DNA from: Octopus vulgaris
Lineage: Eukaryota
Assembly (NCBI GenBank): GCA_951406725.2
Contig: OX597821.1
Location: forward strand, 65,038,001 to 65,102,000
Reading direction: 5' to 3'
DNA: 64,000 nt
Shown: positions 49,378 to 64,000 of the stretch, piece by piece
How the letters are laid out: each line of letters starts with the position of its first letter
Position numbering within the stretch: the stretch's first letter is position 1
The notes under the pieces: model-generated
Database searches by the model: none
The model's input: only the letters and a program-made list of their open reading frames with translations
Told to the model about the DNA's origin: nothing
Position numbers and translations under genes: made by a program

Positions 49378-49965
49378 GTGAAGACGCGTGGCTTAGTGGT
49401 TCAGGCATTCGGCTCACGATCGTAAGGTCGTGAGTTCATTTCCAGTGAGCAAGACCCTTTATTTCACGTTGCTCCAGTCCACTCAGCTGGAAAAACATGA
49501 GTAGTGCCTGTATTTCCAAGGGCAGACCCTGTCACACTTTGTGTCACGCAGAAACTCCCTGAGAACTACGTTAAGGGTACACGTGTCTGTGGAGTGCTCA
49601 GCCACTTGCACGTTAATTTCACGAGCAAGCTGTTCCGTAGATCATATCACCTGGGACCCTCATCGCCGTAACCGACGGAGTGCTCCTTTAATAGTGAGGG
49701 CGCGTAGCTTAGTGGTTAGGGCATTCGGTTCAAGATCGTCAGGACGTGAGCACAATTTTCGGCGCCGCGTTGTGTCCTTGAGGAAGACATTTTATTTCAC
49801 GTTGCTCCAGTCCACTTTGATGGCAAAAAAGAGTAGTGTATGTATTTCAAAGGTCCATGCTTTTCACACTCTGAGGCATGCTGAATCTCCCTGAGAACTA
49901 CGTGTCTATGGAGTGCTCAGACACTTGCACGTTAATTTCACGAACAGGCTGTTCCGTGACGGAGT
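49378..49965 (+). mobile_element. Two tandem SINE C-type copies
   Basis: Heads tggcttagtgg (49389) and tagcttagtgg (49705); shared tatttcacgttgctccagtccact and ggagtgctcag.cacttgcacgttaatttcacga. Confidence 0.85.
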
Positions 49966-50010
49966 GTCACGATATATATACACATATGTGTGTGTGTCTG
50001 TGTGTGTGTG

Positions 50011-50050
<40 letters not shown>

Positions 50051-50242
50051 CGAAAATGACGGAGGACCCTATTCAAGTTCCCGAAGGTTAATTTCGCGAA
50101 CAAGCTTTTCCTTTGATCGTATCAGCTGGGACCCTCGTCATCATACATATATATATACATACACATACGTACATATATATATATACACATATATATCACA
50201 TATATACATATATATATGTACATATATGTATACATATATATA

Positions 50243-50278
<36 letters not shown>

Positions 50279-50304
50279 TGTATATATAAATATATACATA
50301 CATA

Positions 50305-50896
50305 TAATAATGCCTAGATTTACGAAGTAATTTGTTTTCGGAGGAGATCGTTCGTAAAGCGGTAACTCGTAAAGCAGAGCGGTAATTTCCCAGAGTAGCA
50401 ATGTTATAAATCGTAATTTGTTCTCAGAAAAATATCTTATCTATAAAATTTTTAATTCTCGTAAATAGATGGCAATAAAACAACAGTTAGAACGTAAAGA
50501 ATATTTTATGCAAAGTAAAAAGATTGTGAGAATCATTTATAATAAAAGATATAATCGTTTTCTGAATCACTTTCACTTGCGCTAGACTCTCGTGCACCAT
50601 CACCTGTAGATGCGATCGCCGATTCACCATCACTAGTAGACGGACTTACAGATTTCCTTTTAAAAAGAAAAACAAGTCTAGAATAGCTTGCTCAGAAGAA
50701 TCTCTTTTTCGCTCTCAACAAATTTCTTGGTAACACGCAGAGATATTTACTTTAGTAGTAGAAATGGTTGCACTTCGTTCAAAATTTGGAACTCATGCTT
50801 GAACAATTTCCGCTCACCATGCAAAAGTGAGCTGAAAAATAATACTCGTAAACCCGTTGCCTCGTAAAGCGGTCCTTACGAAGCGAGGTATCACTG
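50305..50896. mobile_element. pogo/Tigger-type non-autonomous element
   Basis: Right end gcgaggtatcactg-TA; subterminal repeats ctcgtaaagc at both ends; degenerate left TIR taatgcctagatttacgaag. Confidence 0.65.
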
Positions 50897-50919
50897 TATA
50901 CGTTACTGCATATATATAC

Positions 50920-51262
50920 GACATGGTTACGGGTTCAGTCGCAATGCGTGGAACCTTGTGCAAGTGTCTTCTACTATAATCTGGGGCTGACCAAAGACTT
51001 GTGAGTGGATGTGTTAGACGGAAAGTGAAAGAAGCCCGTCATGTATATATGCATAAATATATTACATATCTATGTGTGTGTATGTATGTTGTTCGCCCAT
51101 AACCGTTTCACAGCCGGGTTTGGTTTTTTTACGTCCCTGTAACTTAGCGGAGCGGCATATGAGAACGATAGAATAAGTTCTAAGCTTAAGAATTAAGCCC
51201 TGGGGCCGATTTGCTCGACTAAAAACTTTTAAAGACGCTGTTCCAACATGGCCGCAGTTGGA
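50920..51262 (+). mobile_element. SINE family B, diverged
   Basis: Matches the consensus from B box to tail. Confidence 0.8.
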
Positions 51263-52800
51263 ACATTATTTATCTTCTTGAACGATTATAGAAATATGTA
51301 ATGTATTTGAACTGTTTTCGAACTTATATGTTACTCAATTACTGATTTCAGTTAATGTGATACGGCAATGATGAAGCAACGCCTTCAGAAGTTTACCGCA
51401 AATATAAATTTACCATTATATTTTTAGGTACTTATTTGTTCGAACCTATTAAACGAATGACAAATTTTACCAGACCTTTGCCCCCTTCATGGAATTTGAT
51501 TCACAGTCATGGAATTAGATCGATTTTTATGGACTATGGACTTTATATGTTATTAAGGGCATAGTACATTTTTCATCTGATGCAGCTCAATGAAACATTT
51601 GATTGTATGTCCACAAAGTCCCCTCGTGATTGCTTTGAAAATAGAAATATTTGTCATTGACTAAAACCGTTGACTCATTTGTGTGTAAGTGTGTGTTTTT
51701 TTTTACTGTTTTACTTGAGGATGTGCGTTTGATTCGTATCTTGTTCAAGAATGTAAACTATATAAAGTGAGATAGCTTCCACAAAGAATTGACACTACTT
51801 TATCAGTGTCAGCCCGATATTATGTTACTCCAGTACGGATATGCTCACCAGTGATACTGAATTCTTTCTATCATATATACAGGGAATATTTAAAGATAAT
51901 GAAAGAAACTGCATGGAAAATATATGAAATCAATGGAGTGAAAATATTTAGTTAGAATCTTAAGCATCTCTGGCGAGCAATAGACATGCCGGAGAATATT
52001 CATTTTTCGCATGACCTAAATTTAAACAAAGAATACTTTACACAAAAGAATATAGTTCATTAGCTAAACTATCGCTACTTGACTGTGACATAATGTATCG
52101 ACCCCGAGAGGATGAACTGAAAGTCAAACTTTTAATCATTGATTGAAATTGGGACATAAAGGGAGGTAATAAAACGCAGAAAAAATATTTGTCGTTTAAA
52201 GCGGTATCGACTGAGCGAGTGTACACATCTCTCTAACTGCCCCTGAATAAATATTGATATTAGGAATATACTTGAGTCGACAGAATACCCTCTACGGAGT
52301 CTTCATAAAATTGGTGTCATTTATACTTAAATAATCATCCAATTTAATTTTATCAATAAATTTAAACGGATTCTGTATAAGCGCTTTCATTTTATGGCAT
52401 TTTTTTCAACAATTTTGCAGTTCGCATCCAAAGAAGAAAAAAAACTATATGTTGATATTAAAATAGAGTAATATAATCAGAGAAGTAAAAAAAAAATCTA
52501 CCTAATCGATATATTGGAATATTCTTCAAATGTTTCAACATTACTTTCAACAAACACGAATAAAGAAAAAAATGAGCAAGAGTTGTATAAATGTATTTCT
52601 TAATATCATAAAGGAGAGAAAGAATCATAAAATTAATATATTCTCAGATAAATAAGTGCATAAGAGATTTACGTATATGTATATTTATATATATTATACA
52701 TATATATGTATACGCACATATATGTATAGACACACACGCACACACATAACAGACACACACACAAAGACATGAAGGTTTGCGTGCGTGTATAAATCAATGA

Positions 52801-53004
52801 TGCTACAAAATGCGTTTCCATAGCACCATCAATATTTTTTTCTGAAGCAGTGTCATCCATTCCTGTGAGTTAACTGTACGTGATCGGAGTTACAATTCTT
52901 TCTACAGAAGGAGCTGATTACGATAAAATGCGGTTACCATTTAGAAAATATTCCTCAACTAAAGAATATAGATTTGTCCATATTTATTGATTTACAACAC
53001 AGTG

Positions 53005-53051
<47 letters not shown>

Positions 53052-53268
53052 GCACACGTACCTATATGGCCTGTAAATCAATAAAATGGACAAATCTATA
53101 TTCTTTAGTTGAAGAATGTTTTCTAAATGGTAACTGCATTTTATAATAATCACCTCCTGTTGAAAGAATTATGACTCCGATCACGTACAGTTAACACACA
53201 GGAATGGATGACACCACTATAGAAAAAAATATATTTATGATGTTATGGAAAGATATATATTTTGTAAC
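52801..53268. repeat. Long inverted repeat (~195 bp arms) around a (CA)n(CG)n spacer
   Basis: 52801-52996 is the reverse complement of 53072-53268, e.g. caactaaagaatatagatttgtccat / atggacaaatctatattctttagttg. Confidence 0.88.
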
Positions 53269-53440
53269 TTTACTGACTTGTATAGAATGCATTAATATAT
53301 GTGTATGTGCTTGTCTCTGTGTGAATATTTATATGTGTGTGTCTATATGTATATGTCTATATATATATACACACACACACACATAAATAGTCATATGTGT
53401 TTATATATGAATATGTATGTATGTATATATATGTATATAA

Positions 53441-53475
<35 letters not shown>

Positions 53476-53964
53476 AGTGTGTGTGTGTATATGCATATGT
53501 AGATATATATATATATATATATATATTGTGTTTGTATGTGTAAACAAGAAGCAGTATTTCTTCGATACATGGCCGTGTCTAAGCATAAATTTTTCTATTT
53601 GGGATTTTTCATATTTCGTTATATAACATTTACATCAAGTGTACAAGAACTGCATTCGCAAAACCGTTAGTTCATTAACATTTCAAGACACTACAGGTCT
53701 ATTCAGCACTACTGAGTGCCGTTTAGTCACAAATTCTTCACACCTTTTACTGTTGCCCACAAAGGATCATAATAATACAGTTGTAACTAATAAAAAAATG
53801 AATGTCAATTATAAATATTATGCTACAGTTTAGCCTGGTATAGTTCCTAATTTATTTTACATGTAACATGCTTGTGATAATTTATTTTTTCAGTATATTT
53901 TTAATACTTTGCCATTAGTAAATCTTCCAAAGATATTACTTTCGTTTATTGTACAATATATATA

Positions 53965-54066
<102 letters not shown>

Positions 54067-54084
54067 CATGTATGTGTATATATA

Positions 54085-54132
<48 letters not shown>

Positions 54133-54344
54133 TGTGTGTGTGTGTGTATGTATATATGTATGTATTTAATGCATGCATGTATGTATGTATATATGCATAA
54201 TTCGGGAAATATAATTCTGTCCAGAATTAAATTAGAATTAATTATTTTTAGACAGGTTTTTAGATTTGCGTGGTTACAATTAATAGAAACAACTGTAAAG
54301 AAAATGGAGAGTTAATAGGGGCTTGTATGTTCTTTAATATATAT

Positions 54345-54495
54345 ATATGACGGGCTTCTTTTAGTTTCCGTCTACCAAATCCACTCATAAGGCTTTGGTC
54401 GGCCCGAGGTTATAGTAGAAGACACTTGCCCAAGGTACAACCTGGAACCATGTGGTTGGTTAGCAAGCTACTTACCACACTGCCACTCCTGCGCC

Positions 54496-54497
<2 letters not shown>
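54345..54497 (-). mobile_element. SINE family B, 5' half
   Basis: Reverse complement of head and CORE-like region. Confidence 0.85.
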
Positions 54498-54537
<40 letters not shown>

Positions 54538-54698
54538 AATATGTGTGTGTGTGTGTGTGTGTGTGCGTGTAAAAATTATGATGGACTCTCTTGTCGAAGA
54601 CGACATATGCGTGTTCAACTTTTGCCGAAAGACCTGTACACATGATTTGTTTATAGTGTTCAAATGTAAGTGATGTACATTAGCTCACTCTTTCACTC

Positions 54699-54963
54699 AG
54701 CGAGCGGAACCTCGGATGTGGTAAATATCCAGGCGATGTGTATACCGCGAAAATGAAAGTTTACATTGTCACTAGGTGATACATGCTAACACATGGAAGA
54801 TTCAATCAAAATGCGTAGGATTCTGATTGAATCTTCGATCTGTTAATATGTACCCCCTTGCGACAATGTAAACTTCCATTTAATCAAGATGTCCTTGGCT
54901 TGAAGAGTAGCCGGCAGTATACACCTCGCTTGGATATTTACCACTTCCTAAGTTCTGCTTGCT
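54699..54963. mobile_element. Fold-back/MITE-like palindromic element
   Basis: gtggtaaatatccaggcgatgtgtatac / gtatacacctcgcttggatatttaccac; aagtttacattgtc / gacaatgtaaactt; gaagattcaatca / tgattgaatcttc. Confidence 0.8.
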
Positions 54964-55554
54964 ATGAAACGTATGTAGATCGGATCTAACCGCTAGGCCA
55001 TGTGCCTCCACAATCCCAGTCATTACAAGTCCCATAATACTGAGTTTTGTAAAACTAGACTTACAAAAACCAACAGCTGAGTGCGACCTACTGACAAACT
55101 GAAATTTCTCAAATGATACATTTCTTGCTTGTTTTCTGAGTTAAATTTCCCTATACAATTAAGACAGATTTGTACACAAGCTTAAGTCTTCGTCACTCAC
55201 ATGCTTCCTCCATTACTTTTCATCTCAATGTTCGATTTTTCTAAGTATACTCTAAACATTCCCGTATTATTTTGGAGAGTAGAGGGTTTAGAAATGGCTA
55301 TTTAGTAAAAAAAATTCAATGCACAACAGTATGGTTTCAGTTCCGACTCCAAATTTTGGCACCGTAAGCAGAGAGTTTATTCTATAGAGTCAGGTTGACT
55401 AAAGACTAATGAGTGAAATTTGATAAAAAGATACTATGTGGAAGCCCGTAGTTGCATTTTTTCTTGTAGAAACATGTGAACTTCCTTCTCTTTACCGCAT
55501 ACACTTGGCGCTTGGTTTCTTCTAATGGAGACGACACTCTTGCTAACATTGTGA

Positions 55555-55918
55555 AGATGTGGCTGTGCGGTAAAAAGCTTGGTTACCAACCACATGGTTC
55601 TGGGTTCAGTCCCACTGCGTAAAACCATGGGCAAGTGTCTTCTACTATAGCCTCGGGCCGACCAAAGCCTTGTGAGTGGATTTGGTAAACGAAAACTGAA
55701 AGAAGCCCGTCGTATATATGTATATATATCTGTGTGTTTGTGTGTCTGTGTTTGTCCCCCCCTCCAACATGGCTTGACAACCGATGCTGGTTTGTTTACG
55801 TCTCCGTAACTTAGCGGTTCGCCAAAATAGACCGATAGAATAAATACTAGGCTTCAACGGAATAAGTCCTGGGTTTGAGTTGCTGGCCAGTCAAATGACT
55901 GAAACAAGTAAAAGAGTA
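55555..55918 (+). mobile_element. SINE family B
   Basis: Near-consensus, small deletion in the tail. Confidence 0.9.
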
Positions 55919-57849
55919 TGATGTAAAATGATGTACGATGAAGTCATCTAAAAACAGCCCAATATATTACTTTCTGTCTGTTTCCAACATTTGCACTTAA
56001 AAGAAAAATTCGGTAATGTCACTGATCACTGTGTAGCTGACATATAAAACTCATTATAGCAAATTTATCAAATGCATATCACGTTCAAAGAATGATCTTT
56101 TAAACTGTTTTGTCAAACATATATTACGTTTCTTAATTCAAGACAGAAATGTATGTATAAACAAGTAGATGCCGGTAGAAAGTCACTCGCAAGCGTAAAC
56201 TAAACCATATATTACTGGCTTCGATAGCTTTAAACCCCTGTTTGCTAATGAGAATTTGTTTGTCTTAGGCAGACATAACGTTTCTCTATTTTAGCTTTTG
56301 ATGAAAAAGTGTTTATATTTGACAGACTAAAATATGTTAGCATGATGTCGAGTGCAATTCCATGGCAGAAAATAGTCAAGACCTCAGGCAGTGAAGAACA
56401 CCTATGCTGGAAATGATATTTTTAAATAGTCAACAAGGCTACAGGCAAAACTTTACGCTAGTTACAGACAAATTTCAAGCTGTGTGAATGAAAAGATGTT
56501 GTAAACGAGTAAAGAGATAAAACGGGTGAGATTTTCCTTTTAACAAAAATAAATATCTATAATTAAAATGAAGGGAAAAACAAAATTAAATAATATAAAA
56601 ATCATTGAGAGAAAACAAAAAAAGCAATCGATAGATTTCAATATAAATTTGAATTTAAAGTAATTCCTACTTCTTTTATTGCGTAATTACACATTAATAT
56701 CACGTTTGAGATGATTTAAACTCACTAACTTAAATGAACATTTAGCAAGCATTAAAAGTGATTCCAGAAATAGATTAAAATTTAAAAGACAAAAAACAAA
56801 GAGTGATGTTTGTTTATCATTTAATTTCTCTCGTAAAAAAAAAAAATTCAAAGATTCTTTCATTTAATTTTGTTTGTTTTTATTTTTCCTTGTATTTCCG
56901 GTTTTAAAACTAATTTCACGATTGTAAGGTCAATTTGATATTCCCTAGGGTAAAAGGATGCCTAGAGGTGTTGGAGGTGTTTTAAGAACCAAACAAAAAG
57001 AATAAAAAAACAATTAAACAAACTATTTGTTCCGCTGACCGGTTCATCAAATGAATTTCGTTTATCCATTCACTCTTTCATTAGTTTTACTCAAATCGTT
57101 TCTTGTAAACTATGAAACTCCTTACGGGCGAGATAATCTCTTTGATTTATATCAGATTTTTATTTTCTTCATGAAGTCTATATTTCCTAACTTCAAAAAC
57201 GTAAAATAAATCGACAAAATATATTCAAGATAAAATGACATTGGCAAAACATCTTGTGTTTTAATCATACTGACTATGGAAATGTAAAACTGTGGAATCT
57301 AGCTTATAAAACAAGGAAATGTAGACATAGATAAGTGTACACACACACATACACATAAACAGACAAACAAAAACATACACAGCCACCAAGTTTTCCTCTT
57401 GGATATTCGTAAACTGACAAGGATTAACTATCACTGCCAGTTCGATAAGGATATTTGAACATACATACATACATACATACATACATACATACATACATAC
57501 ATACATACATACGTACGTATATATATTTACACACATCCATACATACACACAAATACACGCGAGGATCGCTTTATGCATAATGGAAAAGAAAACATATTTT
57601 CTTTCTTTTTTTTTTTAGGTGCCACAGATCTTTCAAATTCCTTATGCTGCTAGAATAATTCTTCATCATAACTCTTCTTCCTCGTCATCTTGCAGAAAAC
57701 AATGAGTTTCAGGCAAAAGAAACGTGATGCTTCGTGGTTCTTCACGATGAAGGTTAGCGGGTTGTCCCTCATTCACTGAAGGCTACAAGTTGCTTACGTG
57801 AATCGAATGGAGCAATGTACATATATAGATTTAAACTTTTGAAAAAAAG

Positions 57850-58330
<481 letters not shown>

Positions 58331-58776
58331 TGGGAATTAATTTTTGAAATGAATCCATGCGTTGGGAGACCCGCTGTCACGAATCGAAGGCGAGTGGACG
58401 AGTCCCAATACGTGAGCTTGCTGCATGACAGGACAATGAATTACAGAAGAGGGTAGAAGATTTTGTGTATCGGAAAGTACGAGGGCTGCTGGAAATTTCC
58501 TGGCTTTTGGAGGCCCAACCTTCCGAGTTCTTTTACGGGGCTTAGAAAAACAGAAGGACCCTCTGTAATAAGTTTGTGACTCTGAGCGTCTAAGTATGTT
58601 GGGAAAATAAATCATAATTAACTGATCCTCCTGTATTTTCTTTTACCCAAAATTAGTATGTGCAAAATTAGTGCCTCTACAGCTGACAGGCGATTTAATA
58701 GAGAGAAAGGTGTTCAACAACTTTAACCTAGCTGGAAGCATTTAAAGTCAATGAAGACATACACCCTATTTATAAA

Positions 58777-58901
<125 letters not shown>

Positions 58902-60054
58902 CATATGTATACGAATAGTTAAGAAATTCCATTCCAAAATGAATGTTTAACTAGGTCTTATTGCGCAACTGTATTAAAGACCCGCGCATAGCTAAACGTT
59001 ATGACTAAAACTTGGTAACTGAAAATTATGCGGAAGTCTATTGAATGAATTTTACCTGTAAGTCACACGTAGTACCTTTGCACAGACTATCTCACGCTGG
59101 TTCTATCTGGCGATCAGTTATGGTTAACATATTGTATTAGTAGAATAATCAGATATTTACTCTATAATCCAATCACAAAGTAGTTCAGTTTTTCAACCCA
59201 TCGGAATACTTATCATCACGATGTACGGAGACCCATTTGTTGTGTTCCAACGTATCATTATACTCCCCTTAATATATAAAAATTCTTTATTCTTTTTCAT
59301 TGGAGAGATACGCTGTTGATATCTAGTATAACAACATTGTCTTCGCCGAAGTTTTCAACGGACAACAGGCACTGCTGAATAATAAAGGACAAGTACACTT
59401 TGCAAAAGATATACTTCTACGGAAGGAACGATTATTGTCACAGAGAAAGGCTATTAGAAATAAGAAGTGCGAATTCGAACTAGATAATAAATTAGATTAA
59501 CGCAGTAATACAGAAGGTGATATGCATTGATCCATTCCAAAGTATTTGTACATTGTTGAAGATTGGTTGACCATGAAACTGGTTGAGCATGAAAGTGACC
59601 ATGAAATTGTTGAAGATTTAGTTTTCTTTATTTCTCGAGCTATTTTTGAGTGTACGTCATCGCATTCTAAATAGCATTATAATACGGTCTTGTATAATTA
59701 ATACGTCAAATAATATGTCGTTGACGATTCTTAAATACTTACTCTTTCATATCTATATATATAGTAAATATGGCTTTACTACGGACTTTATGTGTTTACC
59801 AAAGCAATTTCCTTCCTGGAGATTGAAGTATTTATGATGAAAACTAGAAATCAAGGCAACTAGTGTTAGATATTCTCCGTCAGAGGTAGCAGAGTTTCTG
59901 GAAGAATTATTGTCTTCTGTCAGTTCAAAATCTATGAGGAGGGAATAACTCGCTCGTCACCTGAAAAGGAGGTATATTTAAGTACAGCGTAGTCACATTT
60001 ATTGCATCTAATAAAAAAAAAAACATTTCCTATCTTCCTCATACAAAGGAAAAT

Positions 60055-60430
60055 ATCCGAAATTTTGGGGGAGGGGACCAGTCGATTAGATCGACCCCAG
60101 TACGAAACTGGTACTTAATGTATCGACTCCGAAAGGATGACAGGCAAAGTCGACCTCGGCGGAATTTGAACTCGGAACGTAAAGACAGACGAAATACCTA
60201 TTTCTTTACTACCCACAAGGGGCTAAACACAGAGGGGACAAACAAGGGCAAACAAACGGATTAAGTCGATTATATCGACCCCAGTGCGTAACTGGTACTT
60301 AATTTACCGACCCCGAAAGGATGAAAGGCAAAGTCGATCTCGGCGGAATTTGAACTCAGAACGTAACGGCAGATGAGATACAAATACGCATTTCGCCCGG
60401 CGTGCTAACGTTTCTGCCAGCTCGCCGCCA
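60055..60430 (-). mobile_element. SINE family A dimer
   Basis: Two core units and one head, near-consensus. Confidence 0.9.
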
Positions 60431-61816
60431 GATTATCTATAATTACATCAATCATATCTACAAGCACTGCTGTAAACAGCGGAAGTCAAATAGAGCAAAA
60501 ATCTTAGTGCGCATGCGTAGCAGAATTCAAGGTCGATCTTTGTCAAGCGGCTTCACTCTGCGTACTTTAACTTCGTTACTATGCCAACAGTCCGTACACT
60601 TACTGATCAGGCTTTGTATGTTGCGGGACAACCAGCTGTGTATTTATTATGCCCATTGGTCGACTCTCTAGTATATTATCTATGGTGAAAATACTTAAGA
60701 TTTGAGAAGCATAGTAGCTTCTTTGGAGATGTTCAATCTACGAGTAATAAAAGAAAGATGTCGTTTGAATAAGCGCTTAGCATGTTCATAAACAAAACGA
60801 ACAAGTTGACAATGGACTCTTAAGAAGATAAGATGATCACGGCAACTCGGTTTAAGCTAACCTAAGCGAAAGAAAAAGAAATAAAGGAAGCAAAATCACT
60901 GAATATACATCATATAACAGAGAGACAATATCACCTTCAATGGAAAGTACTTTTCAGATTTAACGGGAAGAATTCATATATTTCAGTATAGTCATAATGA
61001 AATGTGAAAACAAATATCTTGAGGTGATAGTTGGAAACCTTACCCAATCAGTGGTGTGTGCACCAAAGTAATTTATAGGGTCACTGATAAAACGGTGACG
61101 GAGTTCAAGTTGAAAACCGTATTGTTAGCGGCCGTGTTGTCATTGTATGACTAGAAAGATAAATGCCCTTTACTTGAATACTGCAGCAAATGTGGTTACA
61201 CATTGAAGTATCACCAAAGGTTGTTAACAATGGAAAACCTGAATGATTGTGAGAAACGTACGAATGAAGTCGTTATTTGTGTTGCTGTTTTGTTTGCTTC
61301 GTAGGCTTCGCATCAGCCCAATCTGAGAAAATTATATATTATTTTTTTACTCCCCACTTATACTTTAACAAACTAGTGTCTTGTTACAGCAAGTATCCGG
61401 CCTAGCCTTGTAATTAACACTCAGAGCGCACAACTCTTACAGGAAAAAAGGTTGAATGTGTGAAGGAAATATGTTAAAGGAAAAGCCCTATTAATTTTCA
61501 AATTTATTTCGTCGTTAAATATCGTTTCTTTATTTCTTTATTTTATTTATCTCTAGTTCGTTTCCGATACACATTCATTTCGGTGACACTGCAATCATTA
61601 TACCTGACCGACTCCTATCTCATCCTGTCCACTCACTCGCTACAAGAAAAAAAAATCTCTATTCATAAATTAAATTGAATTACAGTGGAGTATATTCTGG
61701 AAAACACACCCAATCAATTGCTTTTGAGAAATTGTTAGTGTGAATGTGAAGATTGACAAATGAGGGGATAGGGCTGCCGGATGTAGACAGTGTGATTAAG
61801 ACAACCACAACCAAAA

Positions 61817-61851
61817 CTGCTGCTGCTGCTGCTACTACTACTACTACTACA

Positions 61852-61943
<92 letters not shown>

Positions 61944-62076
61944 ACCAATAAAAACAACAACAATATTATCACCATCATCATCACCATTATTATCTGTAGT
62001 GGTGGTGGTGGTGGTGGTGGTGGTGGTAGCAGTAGCAGCAGCAGTAGTAGTAGTTGTAGTAGCAGCAGCAGTACAA

Positions 62077-62112
<36 letters not shown>

Positions 62113-62135
62113 GTAGTAGTTGTCGTTGTTGTTGC
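61817..62135. repeat. Compound trinucleotide field (GCT)(ACT)(AAT)...(GTG)(GCA)(GTA)
   Basis: Directly visible. Confidence 0.95.
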
Positions 62136-62731
62136 TGTAAGAATAGTGATATTAGCGTCGATGACGACGACGGTGAGGATAATAATAATTTTAGGCGATT
62201 GAAGTCAATCGCCTAAAATATTATATCCAGTGCGAAAATATTAATATCCAGTTCCTGAGCGCAAATTTGCTTTGAGTGTATAAAATGTTGCACAGAATCT
62301 ACTTTTGAGCGCAGTCAGCAACAGATTGGGTAAAGGGTTCGAGCAAAAATTCATGATACACTGTGGTACCATTTCAATAACAAGAGTTCTTACCAACGCG
62401 TACTAATTGTACAATATGTTTGGTACTTAGCATCTATAAAGCAGATTCTCGAGGTACGTGCAGAACAAGTGCTGATAAATTTGAAGAATGAGAAGGAAGA
62501 AAAGGATGGCAAATTGTAACAGTTCCTTTATGGTTGTGTATTAGTGGAAATTATCAAAATGGGAGTTATAAAATTGTTGTAGACGTAAGGATACTCTCTG
62601 GTGGGAACTAATATGGCCTGACACTCTGAAGATAGCGATAATGTTGGAATGTTGCAAGCATTTGTTATCTTTAGACGACAGTTATTATGTACGGATATAA
62701 GGATATATATGTGTGTTTGTGTATGTGTGTG

Positions 62732-62767
<36 letters not shown>

Positions 62768-63294
62768 TGTATGTATGTATGTATGTATGTATGTATGTAT
62801 GTATGCATGTATGTACGTATGTATGTATGCATGTATATATGTATGCATGTGTGCATACACACATATGTAGCTTGTTTATATACATATATAATTATATATT
62901 TATAATCATATATTCATATATATATATATATATATATATATGGGGGGGGGGTTCAGTCACTGTAGAGATATGTACATAAATAAACACTGTCAACTTCACA
63001 TTCTTGCCTATGTGTATATATATATACATATTTAAATCTACATATAAATATATATATATATGTATGTATGTATATAAATTTATTTATTTGCATATGTGTA
63101 TACATGTATACATGCATACTTATCTATATACCAACATATTCATATCTATGCATATATATGCGTATATGTGTATATGTATATGTGTATACATATATATACA
63201 TATATACATATACATATATATGTGTGTATATGTATATGCATGCATATATATATATATATATATATAAACATATATAAATATATAAGTATATAAG

Positions 63295-63346
<52 letters not shown>

Positions 63347-64000
63347 TGGTATTATGTTTACCTATAATGCAACGGGCAAAGAAATGATTACGCTGTTCGT
63401 GCAGCAGAGTAAAAGAAAAATGCTTTATTATTAGACTTCACTACTGCAATGGTAGTCTTCGCTTGTACAAAAGGAAAACAAAATCTTCACAGGCACACAG
63501 ACGACAACACACACCCACACACACACATATCATACACGCGCATGTACACTTAATCACGTGCTAGTATATTTGCATAAACACGCATGCATACTTACATTCA
63601 TTAATACGTACATAGAAACTACATACGTGTGTGTGTGTATGTGTGCTCTGTATATGAAGTTTTCAGAATTACATGGAACTATTTCCCATTGTGTAATGTT
63701 CATAGAACTCTATTTATATCCTCACGGATTTGAAACCAGATTGCTTGAAACAGTAACAGTAAAAGGTCCGTCGTATCAGCGACCAACTTGCTAGAGATAA
63801 TTCCTCCATTCACTCCTTTAAGTTTACCAAAAAAAAAAAAAAAAAACGATGGCAAAACGGGAGACATATTCGATATATTTTTCTATGATATCCCACCAGA
63901 AAAAAAGTACGTTTCGGTCGTTTTTGGAAGGCTTTTATCCAGAGATCTACTCAAGGTTTCTCTGAAGCAAAGCAACAATATTTAACTGTGTACAGGAAAT

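Overview
AT-rich, repeat-saturated animal genomic DNA. The SINE complement and extreme microsatellite load point to an octopod cephalopod (Octopus sp.); this is an inference. No intact host protein-coding gene can be supported, and most ORF-track entries are microsatellite translations. The window is a transposon graveyard with: (i) at least four tRNA-derived SINE families, called A-D here, with more than 30 copies; (ii) a full-length but dead mariner (44616-45888) and several other Tc1/mariner and pogo-type remnants; (iii) CR1/L2-group and RTE LINE fragments; (iv) a Helitron 3' end and a Helentron-type non-autonomous element; (v) a ~1.06 kb tandem duplication; and (vi) remnants of several Penelope-like element (PLE) families carrying minimal hammerhead ribozyme motifs. 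The most unusual structure is a 1.26 kb cassette (4007-5265). It has two outward-facing hammerhead-bearing arms, is flanked by a 17-bp target-site duplication, and contains an inverted, circularly permuted copy of neighbouring DNA. Several other fold-back structures occur, mostly next to (TA)n tracts, and at least one is built from PLE-type ends. Coordinates were read by eye; boundaries of degenerate repeats are approximate.
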